Source of the DNA: Polyangiaceae bacterium
Lineage (GTDB): Bacteria; Myxococcota_A; Polyangia; Polyangiales; Polyangiaceae
Assembly (NCBI GenBank): GCA_044376115.1
Contig: JBILLK010000057.1
Coordinates: forward strand, 1 to 12,963
Length of the DNA: 12,963 nt
Direction: 5' to 3'
The position numbers and the translations under genes are program-made. Under the pieces are notes generated by a model. It made no database searches. It saw only the letters and a list, made by a program, of their open reading frames with translations, and was not told the origin of the DNA. Below are positions 1 to 6,700 of the stretch, one piece after another (positions within the stretch are counted from its first letter, which is position 1; each line of letters opens with the position of its first letter).

Positions 1-10
1 ACACGCCTAT

Positions 11-87
11 GAATGACTCGTGCATGTCGAAGGAATAAGGAACTAGGGGCCTTTGGCCGTTTTTCTTGAAGAGGGCACGAGTCATTC
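11..87. repeat. 13-bp perfect inverted repeat with 51-nt spacer (long hairpin / operator or element end)
   Basis: GAATGACTCGTGC at 11-23 is the exact reverse complement of GCACGAGTCATTC at 75-87. The spacer contains a small GGCC-TTT-GGCC stem (48-58) followed by a T-rich run (60-68). Confidence 0.75.
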
Positions 88-127
88 TGTCTGCTGCATC
101 CACCTTCGGTGGAATACTCACGAGCTG

Positions 128-655
128 GTGGAGCGGCTGAAGGCGCAAGAGCTCGCTGCCAGTGAAGCAGAGGCAGAAGCAGCCGAAGCGGCGTGGCAGG
201 AGGTTGATCCGGAGGACGTGCCTCTGGAAGAGCGAGTGGAGATTGTCCGCAGCTTGGAGCTGAGCTTCGACGGGCAGCTCGATAGTGTGCAATCGCTGCC
301 CTTAGCGGTCGGCGTGGACGCCGCGCTGTGGACGAGCGCTGTGCTTGTCTTGCTGGTACACCGTGCGAAGAACCTTGCCTCGGACGCGGGGCTCAAGGTT
401 TCGGTCGAGTCGGTGGAGCTTGACCCGGACCAACCCTCGCAGGTCTTCGTTGGGAACGAGGTGGCGCTGGCAAGCTATGGAGCCCGCGAGCCCGTGCCCC
501 ATCTTCAGGTCTCGCCGTTCATCGCCCCATGGGGTCACCAGCTGCGGGTGTTACTGCAGCTCTTACAGCGTAACCCGGAGTCCACGGAGGCTCAGACGGT
601 TACCATCTCGGTCTACCTGATTGGCCGACTTGGGGTTCAGACTCCGTTGGCGTAG
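128..655 (+). CDS. Hypothetical protein (~175 aa): acidic Ala/Glu-rich N-terminal helix plus a predicted beta-rich domain; first gene of a 3-gene operon
   Basis: The ORF is open from TTG53, but 53-127 overlaps hairpins and translates to non-protein-like sequence, so in-frame GTG128 is preferred (start uncertain). The stop lies 2 nt before ATG658. The pattern VEIVRSLELSF...AVLVLLVH...LRVLLQ...TVTISVYLIGR recalls small uncharacterised myxobacterial proteins (from memory, not searched). Confidence 0.65.
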   Translation: MERLKAQELAASEAEAEAAEAAWQEVDPEDVPLEERVEIVRSLELSFDGQLDSVQSLPLAVGVDAALWTSAVLVLLVHRAKNLASDAGLKVSVESVELDPDQPSQVFVGNEVALASYGAREPVPHLQVSPFIAPWGHQLRVLLQLLQRNPESTEAQTVTISVYLIGRLGVQTPLA

Positions 656-657
656 CT

Positions 658-3036
658 ATGATTCACTTCTTGGTCGACCAGACGTTGAAGCAGCTTAAAA
701 AGTTGGACGACGAGTATGCGTCCTATGCCCTGGTCTCGATTGCGGCGTACGGTCGACCGAACGACCCACTGTATGCCGCTATCTGGCATCCTTCTACGCG
801 GGCGGGAGGCGAGCCGAAGCGCGTCATTCTCAGCAACTTGGGGGCCGCCGAACCCCCGATTGCTCCCGACGGACTGAGTCTAGGGGGAATGGGCATGCTG
901 GTTCCGCTGCTGGTGACGGCCACCGGGGACGTGAGAAGCCACGGGGAGCTCGGCGTGCACACCACGTGGGTGTTTGAGGCGTATCCCGAGGACGGTCTGG
1001 TCGCGCCACGCCGTCCTGGGATTGTCGCGAACAAGCTGAGTGCGCTTCAAGAGCAGCTCAGGCCGCTTGACCTCGCGCCACCCATTGGCTGCAGCTCGCT
1101 CGACGCTGTTTGGTACTCGCTGCTGGGTGCTGACGGCAAACGTGAACCCAACCCCGTGGCGCGCTATCTGGCGATAGCACGTCATGAAGATAAGACGCCC
1201 TATGACCTATTCGAGGCGCCAGCCGATCCTCAGCGGCGTATTGAGGATAACCAATTCGGGGTGATGGAAGCACCCATCATGAAGAAGGCTCGCGGCAGCT
1301 ACATGCGCCTGCACGCCGCCGTGCCGGCTCCCAAGAACAAGAACGGTGCGCGCGCAACCGTGATGCACATGAAGCGGGATACCTACGAAGCCTGGCCCAA
1401 AGAACTGGAACAGGACTTCGCCTGCGGCACGATCACCGACGGGCTGTTGCGCAGCAGCGAGCTGGCGTTGTGCCGCGATGTCCGAAAACTCCAAAACTTC
1501 GTTCCACTAGAAGTGCGAGCCAATGGGGTAGGCGGGGATATTCGCTTTTGCGTTACCTGGGCCAAGAAGCTCAAGCCGAAGACCCGCTACTTCAGGCTGT
1601 GGTCAGGTGCAGAAGACGCGCCTCCCCAGATCAAAGTGACCCTGCAACAACCGAGCTCGCCTCGCAGCTTTAACGCTCTGCCCTTCCCCGAGTACAGTGA
1701 GGCGACCAACAACAGTCTCGTGGTCCTGCGCGACAAGCTTCAGGAGCGTATGCGCGAGAAGAACATTAGCAATGCGCAACTCGCCATAGCCGTCAACGGC
1801 CGACTCAAGCTCGTCTGGAGCCTCACCTACGGGGAAGCCGGCTGGACAATGACGCAGCCGCGCCACAAGTTTCGATTCGCCAGTTGTGCCAAGATACTGA
1901 CGGCTCTTCGCGCGGTGACCTTGGGGGAGGACTTTCTTAACCAGTCCTTGGCTATGGCGCTGGGCTTGGCCATTCCAGCAGACCTTTCCGCGGATGAATT
2001 TGAAAGCTGGAGCAACTTCTACGGCATCCGGGTGGAAGACTGTCTGCGCAACACAAGCGGGCTCACCAATACCTACTGGCCTATCTTCAACGCGGCGTTC
2101 GAAGATGGGCGGGCCCAGCTCCCGCTGGCTGCTGGTGACTTCACCTTGGCCTTCCAGAATGGCGCCGTACCGAAGTTGCAGGTGTTTCCATCGCGCCAGA
2201 CGGAGGGCTACTGCAACGTAGGCTTTATCGCTGTAGGCGAGGCCATTGGGTTGACGGACAAGCAAAGTCCACGTCGCTACTTCGATGCCATGAACGACTT
2301 CTGGCCGCTGGATAAAGATCTGGAGCTGGTGCGTATCGTCCCAGGAACCAAGGCTGATAGTTTTACATTTGGCGAAGTCCCAGTACGCGCACCCATAGCC
2401 GTTCAAAGAGATACGTACGTCGCAGAGAGCGTCATCACTGCCGCAGGCCAACCGGCACCAGAATACGTATCGGGCGGCTATGGTCAGTCAGACGCCTCGG
2501 CCTTGGGACCCACTGGTGGCTTAAGCATGTCGGCTGCCACGCTGGTGAGGCTGCTGCAGATGATGCACCCACAGGGGTCGCCATCGCCGCTGCAGGGGAC
2601 TCGGCTCACGCTTGCGCAGCTGCTGCGCATGCACTTGAAGCAATCCGGTACGGTGGACCGCGTCAGCGATCAGGACGCAGTTACAAGCTCCGATCGCAGC
2701 CCGCTATGGGGGCTAGGCTTTCGTACGCGCTTTAAAGAGGGAGTGGAGGCGACGCGTGACTCTCCCGAGCGCCCTCACGAGGCCGAGGCTTCCTGGGGAG
2801 GAGACTTTGACACCGGACAGTCCGGGTTCTCGCATACAAGCTATTTGTCGCCATCGTTTGGTCCCACACAATCCATGAGCATCGCCTTTGTGACCAATTG
2901 CGAACAGAAATTGCAGGACTTTAACGAAGAAAATGGAACCTGGAGTGGGGCCATCCGTAGCCAAGCCAGGTTTATCTTTAACAATGGAGGCTGGGACAAC
3001 GAGGTAGACTTGTTATCAGTGCTGGACCTTGGGTAG
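658..3036 (+). CDS. Serine hydrolase, beta-lactamase/penicillin-recognising fold (PF00144-like), with N-terminal degenerate polyglycine-hydrolase-like (BTRD1-like) repeats
   Basis: SxxK motif in FRFASCAK (SCAK at 1882-1893), LRNTSGL (cf. LLxHTSGL), YxN motif YCN (2209-2217), and GPTGGLSMSAATLVRL (cf. PAGGLxSTAxDLARF). N-terminal YALVSIAAYG..PLYAAIW (715-786) and FVPLEVRANGVGGDIRFCVTW (1498-1560) resemble the BTRD1 repeat pattern. No signal peptide. Confidence 0.85.
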   Translation: MIHFLVDQTLKQLKKLDDEYASYALVSIAAYGRPNDPLYAAIWHPSTRAGGEPKRVILSNLGAAEPPIAPDGLSLGGMGMLVPLLVTATGDVRSHGELGVHTTWVFEAYPEDGLVAPRRPGIVANKLSALQEQLRPLDLAPPIGCSSLDAVWYSLLGADGKREPNPVARYLAIARHEDKTPYDLFEAPADPQRRIEDNQFGVMEAPIMKKARGSYMRLHAAVPAPKNKNGARATVMHMKRDTYEAWPKELEQDFACGTITDGLLRSSELALCRDVRKLQNFVPLEVRANGVGGDIRFCVTWAKKLKPKTRYFRLWSGAEDAPPQIKVTLQQPSSPRSFNALPFPEYSEATNNSLVVLRDKLQERMREKNISNAQLAIAVNGRLKLVWSLTYGEAGWTMTQPRHKFRFASCAKILTALRAVTLGEDFLNQSLAMALGLAIPADLSADEFESWSNFYGIRVEDCLRNTSGLTNTYWPIFNAAFEDGRAQLPLAAGDFTLAFQNGAVPKLQVFPSRQTEGYCNVGFIAVGEAIGLTDKQSPRRYFDAMNDFWPLDKDLELVRIVPGTKADSFTFGEVPVRAPIAVQRDTYVAESVITAAGQPAPEYVSGGYGQSDASALGPTGGLSMSAATLVRLLQMMHPQGSPSPLQGTRLTLAQLLRMHLKQSGTVDRVSDQDAVTSSDRSPLWGLGFRTRFKEGVEATRDSPERPHEAEASWGGDFDTGQSGFSHTSYLSPSFGPTQSMSIAFVTNCEQKLQDFNEENGTWSGAIRSQARFIFNNGGWDNEVDLLSVLDLG

Positions 3037-4168
3037 GGGCTTGCTTCTCTGTCTTGGCGTACTGCTCCATGGTTGTGGCGGTGAGCTTCCCTTTCCTCCT
3101 GAGACGGAGGAGACGGTCCCGATTGAGCCGCAAGGCCCTCAATGCCACTTACCCAAAGAGAATCCTGTCGTCGTGGACATTTCCGGCGAGTCAGTCGGCT
3201 ATCTTTATGCGCTGTTCTCCGACGGAACGGTTTGGTTTTGGGGCGAGGGCTACCCCACACTGCGCTACTACCGTGGGGACGAGAGTGAATCGCTGTGCCT
3301 GACGGCGATTGATATGAACGCAGATCATGCGGGCTTATCGTTCGACGACGCGATAACCTTGTTGGACTACAATCTGCTTTCGTTCACCTTCAGTGACGTT
3401 CCGCATGTCATGAAGCTCCCTGGGGGCGCTAAGCCGGTGGCGATTCAAGCGGACCGGGACTACGTGGCACTGGATGATCAAGGAGGAGTATGGGTACTTC
3501 TGCAGCGGGACCCGCCCATCAACCAGCCAGCGACGGGCGAGTTTCAGCGGCTGGAGTTGCCAGGCCCAGCGGCCGCGATTGAGGCCGACGTGGGCTACTG
3601 CGCTCGGCTGATCAACGGCGAGGTGTGGTGCCTGGATCGTAACCCGGACACCAAGAGCCGCTTCGGTCTTGGCGTTGATGTCAAGCTACCAAACTTAACC
3701 CGCCTACCAATTGAAGGCGCTAAGGACTTCTTCTTGGGCTACTCAACGACCTGCTGGCTGGACCAAGCGGGGGCACTGCGGTGCGCTGGGGATAGCGTGC
3801 CCGACCCAGCGCTTACCGAGTGGGTGCAGCCCACCTACCACCTTATCCCTAACGTGCCGCCTTTTAAGCGAGTATGGCTGCGCCAACAAGGCGGTGGTTG
3901 CGCCCTCGCAGAGGATGATGAGCTTTGGTGTTGGGGTGCGGACGTGTTTGATTTGGTGCCGCCCAACAAGGCGCTTCCGCCTACCCCGGTAGGCCGCTTC
4001 CCCGGTCTCAAAGACGTCTCGATGACGTTCTATACCACCTGTGTTTTACGGGCCGACAACAAGGTGGTTTGCCAAGGCAGTAGCTCTGAAGACAACAGCT
4101 GCGCCCCACCCGATGAAAACGGCTGGTGGACCATCACCTTTGGTGAGTGCGGCGGGGGAGGGCTTTAG
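3029..4168 (+). CDS. Lipoprotein with RCC1/BLIP-II-like beta-propeller repeats
   Basis: Hydrophobic N-terminus with lipobox LHG-C. Repeated RCC1-type units: YLYALFSDGTVWFWG, YVALDDQGGVWV, YCARLINGEVWCL, TTCWLDQAGALRCAG, GGCALAEDDELWCWG, TTCVLRADNKVVCQG. The TTG start overlaps the upstream gene by 8 nt (alternative start TTG3041). Confidence 0.85.
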   Translation: MGRGLLLCLGVLLHGCGGELPFPPETEETVPIEPQGPQCHLPKENPVVVDISGESVGYLYALFSDGTVWFWGEGYPTLRYYRGDESESLCLTAIDMNADHAGLSFDDAITLLDYNLLSFTFSDVPHVMKLPGGAKPVAIQADRDYVALDDQGGVWVLLQRDPPINQPATGEFQRLELPGPAAAIEADVGYCARLINGEVWCLDRNPDTKSRFGLGVDVKLPNLTRLPIEGAKDFFLGYSTTCWLDQAGALRCAGDSVPDPALTEWVQPTYHLIPNVPPFKRVWLRQQGGGCALAEDDELWCWGADVFDLVPPNKALPPTPVGRFPGLKDVSMTFYTTCVLRADNKVVCQGSSSEDNSCAPPDENGWWTITFGECGGGGL

Positions 4169-4335
4169 TGAGGCTACAGCTCGCCCGCCAGGCCTTGCTC
4201 CGTCCGCATTGCGCTACTTGTTAGCGGCGGTGGACTACTCCAGGGTTGCGGCGGAGAGCTTCCGCTTCCCCCCGAGAAGGAGAGACGGTCCCGGTCGGGC
4301 CGGAGGCCCCTTCCCTCTCCCGCACCAACCTGCGC

Positions 4336-4341
4336 TAGCCT
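4336..4341 (+). promoter_or_regulatory. Putative -10 element (TAGCCT) of a leaderless transcript
   Basis: TAnnnT hexamer 7 nt upstream of ATG4349 with no Shine-Dalgarno; the same arrangement occurs at three other genes in the window. Confidence 0.55.
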
Positions 4342-4348
4342 CGCGGCC

Positions 4349-5065
4349 ATGCCCAAGGCACACCGTGAGTGGAAGGTCCTCCCGCATAAGCCGATTGAAC
4401 AGTTGAGCGAGAACCTGTGGCGGGTCGAGGGGGAGCTCGGTGATATGCCGCTTGGCCGGGTGATGACGCTGGCCCGGATGGAAGACGGCAGCGTCGTCGT
4501 GCACAACGCCATGGCGCTCGGGGACGAGCAGATGAAGCAGCTCGAGGCCTGGGGCGAGCCCAAACACATCCTGGTCCCCAACGGCTTTCACCGGCTGGAT
4601 GCGCCCGTGTTCAAGGCGCGCTACCCCCAGGCGAAGGTCTACGCACCCGCCGGTTCCCGCGCGAAGGTTGAGGAGGTTCTCGCGGTGGACGGCGTGTATG
4701 AAGACTTCACCGGGGACGGCCGGGTCAGCCTGACAACGCTCGAGGGCGTGGGCGCCAGCGAGGGCGTCATGACCGTGCGGGACCAGGGCGAAAGCACCGT
4801 GGTGCTCAACGATGCGGTCTTCAACGGGCCCCACGTCGGCGGCTTCAAGGGCTTCGTTTTAAACCACATAACCGGCTCCACCGGAGGGCCCAAGGTCTCG
4901 CGCATCTTCAGGTTGTTCCTAATGAAGCATCGGGCCGCCTTCAAAGCCCACCTCGAGCGCCTCGCGGCCACGCCCAACCTAAAGCGCATCATCGTGAGCC
5001 ACCGCGACACCATCAGCGAGGCCCCCGAGGCAACGCTGCGGGCGGTGGCAGCCACGCTCGCTTAG
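4349..5065 (+). CDS. DUF4336-like protein (metallo-beta-lactamase-like fold)
   Basis: Motifs RVMTLARMEDGSVVVHNA, HILVPNGFHRLDA..FKARYPQAKVYAP, VVLNDAVFN and RIIVSH match the DUF4336 pattern. Strongly GC3-biased codons. Confidence 0.85.
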   Translation: MPKAHREWKVLPHKPIEQLSENLWRVEGELGDMPLGRVMTLARMEDGSVVVHNAMALGDEQMKQLEAWGEPKHILVPNGFHRLDAPVFKARYPQAKVYAPAGSRAKVEEVLAVDGVYEDFTGDGRVSLTTLEGVGASEGVMTVRDQGESTVVLNDAVFNGPHVGGFKGFVLNHITGSTGGPKVSRIFRLFLMKHRAAFKAHLERLAATPNLKRIIVSHRDTISEAPEATLRAVAATLA

Positions 5066-6615
5066 CTCGCCTCCAGCCGGGCGAGCAGCGGCTCCACTTC
5101 GGTTTTGCCGTGTTGTAGCGGCTGGGCCAGGTCCCCTTCCCGCTCGAGCCGGGCGCGCAGGGTTCGCAGGCAGAAGGCGCGCGGGTCGAGGGAGGGCGTG
5201 ACCTCGGACCAGCGCAGCGGCGTAGAGACGGTGGCGCCGTCGGTGCCGCGCAGGCTGTACGGCAGCACCAAGGTCTTGCCGACGTGGCCCTGATTCGTAT
5301 CGAGGAAGATCCGCCCGCGGCGCTTCTCGCGCTCGCTCTCCTGCGTGGTTTCGTTCGGAAGCAGCCGCTCGATCAGATCGGCGAGGCGGCGGGCAACCAG
5401 TTTGACGCTCGCAGCCTCCTGCTTGGCCGCGAGCGGTACGACGATATGCAGGCCCTTCTGCCCGCTGGTCTTCACCACACTCTCCACCTCGAGCAGCTCG
5501 AGCAACTTGCGGATCGCGAGCGCGACCGTAGCCACGCGCGCCCACGAGCTCGCGTCGGGCGGATCGAGATCGATCACGAGCCAGTCGGGGTGCAGCAGGC
5601 TGTGCTCCCGGCTAACAAAGCCGTGAAAGGTAATGGCGGCTTGGTTTACTAGCCAAAGCAGCGCCTCAGCGTTATCCACCGCGATGCGGCGATTGCCCTC
5701 GATCATCACGGCGCGCAGATAGTCCGGGGCGCGCGGCGGAACCCGGTGCTGATACCACATAAACTCGTCGATACCGTCGGGCCAGCGCTGCAATACCAGC
5801 GGACGATTGGCCATTAGCGGCAGCAGCAACGGCGCGACGTCGGCGTAATAGCCAAACAGGTCCTGCTTGCTCAGCCCGTCGCGGGGGAAGAGCACCTTGG
5901 CGGCGTTGGTGAGCTTGGGCCCCGGGCTGAGCGAGGTCGGGCTGCGCGAGGTCGGGCTGCGCGCCTCCGCCGGCAAACGACGCGCAACCAGGCCCGCCGC
6001 CTGCGCAGCGTCTGCTGAGCGCGCCACCAAGCCGTCGAGCCCCACCGCCAGCATCGCCCGCTGCGCCAGCTCGAAGTCCTCCCCGAGCTGCGTCATCAGC
6101 GTCACGCCGGCAGGCAGCTCGGAGAAGCTCGTGAGCCGCGCGCGCCGCTGCTCGAAGGACAGGTTAGGCGCGGGTGCAGCGCCCTCGCGCAATAGATCGC
6201 TAAAGATCAGCAGCAGATCGCGATCCTTGCCGTCGCTCAGTGCACGCTTGAGCGCCTCCAGGCTGGGCCTGCCGCTGGCGTCGAGCGCCACGAGCAACGC
6301 CTCGGCCACGAACAGCTCCGGCAGCGCGCTCGCAGCGATCGCCTGCACCCGACTGGGCAGCTCCCGGGTGAGCGAGCGCTTGGCTGCGGAGACGATGTGC
6401 ACCGAATCCCCGTGCCGCGCGACCAGCACGCGCACCCCCTCGAGCAGCGGCTCAAACACGAAGCGAGCCTGGCACGCGCGCTCCCGTAGCCCCTCGAGCT
6501 CGACCAGCTCGGGCTCGGCGAGCTGCACGCCCTCGAGCAGCGCCCAGGCGCCACGCGGCAACGCACGAGCGCGCGGCTGTGCACGTGTGCGACGTTGCGC
6601 TCGAGCGGGGCCCAT
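5062..6615 (-). CDS. ligD: LigD-like protein: degenerate ATP-dependent ligase adenylation domain fused to an intact LigD-type primase-polymerase (AEP) domain
   Basis: Pol domain (~5065-5916): KLTNAAKVLFP..GLSKQDLFGYY, RPLVLQRWPDGI, PDWLVIDLDP (DxD at 5563-5571), KTSGQKGLH, GRIFLD, PYSLRG..GATVSTPLRWSEV. The N-terminal half aligns by eye with ligase motifs in degenerate form: FEPLLEGVR, FVAEALLVALDASGRPS, FSDLL, GLDGLVAR. The symbol refers to family membership only. The stop overlaps the DUF4336 stop by 4 nt (TTAG). Confidence 0.85.
   Translation of the reverse strand: MGPARAQRRTRAQPRARALPRGAWALLEGVQLAEPELVELEGLRERACQARFVFEPLLEGVRVLVARHGDSVHIVSAAKRSLTRELPSRVQAIAASALPELFVAEALLVALDASGRPSLEALKRALSDGKDRDLLLIFSDLLREGAAPAPNLSFEQRRARLTSFSELPAGVTLMTQLGEDFELAQRAMLAVGLDGLVARSADAAQAAGLVARRLPAEARSPTSRSPTSLSPGPKLTNAAKVLFPRDGLSKQDLFGYYADVAPLLLPLMANRPLVLQRWPDGIDEFMWYQHRVPPRAPDYLRAVMIEGNRRIAVDNAEALLWLVNQAAITFHGFVSREHSLLHPDWLVIDLDPPDASSWARVATVALAIRKLLELLEVESVVKTSGQKGLHIVVPLAAKQEAASVKLVARRLADLIERLLPNETTQESEREKRRGRIFLDTNQGHVGKTLVLPYSLRGTDGATVSTPLRWSEVTPSLDPRAFCLRTLRARLEREGDLAQPLQHGKTEVEPLLARLEAS
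5923..5963. repeat. 15-bp in-frame tandem repeat in the ligase-polymerase linker
   Basis: GCGAGGTCGGGCTGC occurs at 5931-5945 and 5946-5960 with partial flanking copies; it encodes RSPTS-RSPTS-LSP. Confidence 0.85.
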
Positions 6616-6624
6616 GGGCCGCTG

Positions 6625-6630
6625 AGGCTA
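6625..6630 (-). promoter_or_regulatory. Putative -10 element (TAGCCT) for the ligD-like gene
   Basis: The minus strand reads CGCTAGCCTCAGCGGCCC-ATG, placing the hexamer 9 nt before ATG6615, with no SD. Confidence 0.45.
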
Positions 6631-6687
6631 GCGAGCCTGGCCTGGCCGTCCAAGTCTTCGACCGATTCACCGGGTGGAGCGGCCTGC

Positions 6688-6693
6688 TAGGCT
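6688..6693 (+). promoter_or_regulatory. Putative -10 element (TAGGCT) of a leaderless transcript
   Basis: TGCTAGGCTCGCCGCC-ATG; the hexamer is 7 nt before ATG6701, with a TG (extended -10-like) just upstream. Confidence 0.55.
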
Positions 6694-6700
6694 CGCCGCC

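Noticed and set aside
11..113. Retron msr/msd-like RNA suggested by the flanking inverted repeat
   Set aside because: There is no reverse transcriptase in the window and the enclosed region is short.
53..127. TTG start at 53 for the first ORF
   Set aside because: The extension overlaps two hairpins and encodes non-protein-like sequence; GTG128 is preferred, though unproven.
1603..2451. 282-aa minus-strand ORF
   Set aside because: It is antisense to the motif-bearing serine hydrolase domain and has no recognisable motifs; a shadow ORF.
4169..4348. Short stems in the intergenic region (CGCTA/TAGCG at 4212-4226, GCGGA/TCCGC at 4251-4265) and a GTTAGCG resembling an integron attC core
   Set aside because: The stems are only about 5 bp in GC-rich DNA. 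There is no matching RYYYAAC inverse core, no tRNA cloverleaf and no U-tract.
658..5065. Beta-lactam resistance cluster (serine beta-lactamase fold plus metallo-beta-lactamase fold)
   Set aside because: Neither protein has a signal peptide, the hydrolase lacks KTG, and the DUF4336-like protein lacks HxHxDH. Fold similarity does not imply resistance.
5062..6615. Calling this a functional NHEJ DNA ligase D, or a pseudogene
   Set aside because: The ligase catalytic Lys and OB domain are missing, so it is not a ligase. The frame is intact and the Pol motifs are complete, so it is not a pseudogene.
5867..6625. 252-aa plus-strand Ser/Ala/Arg-rich ORF
   Set aside because: Antisense shadow of the ligD-like gene with the composition typical of GC-rich non-coding frames.
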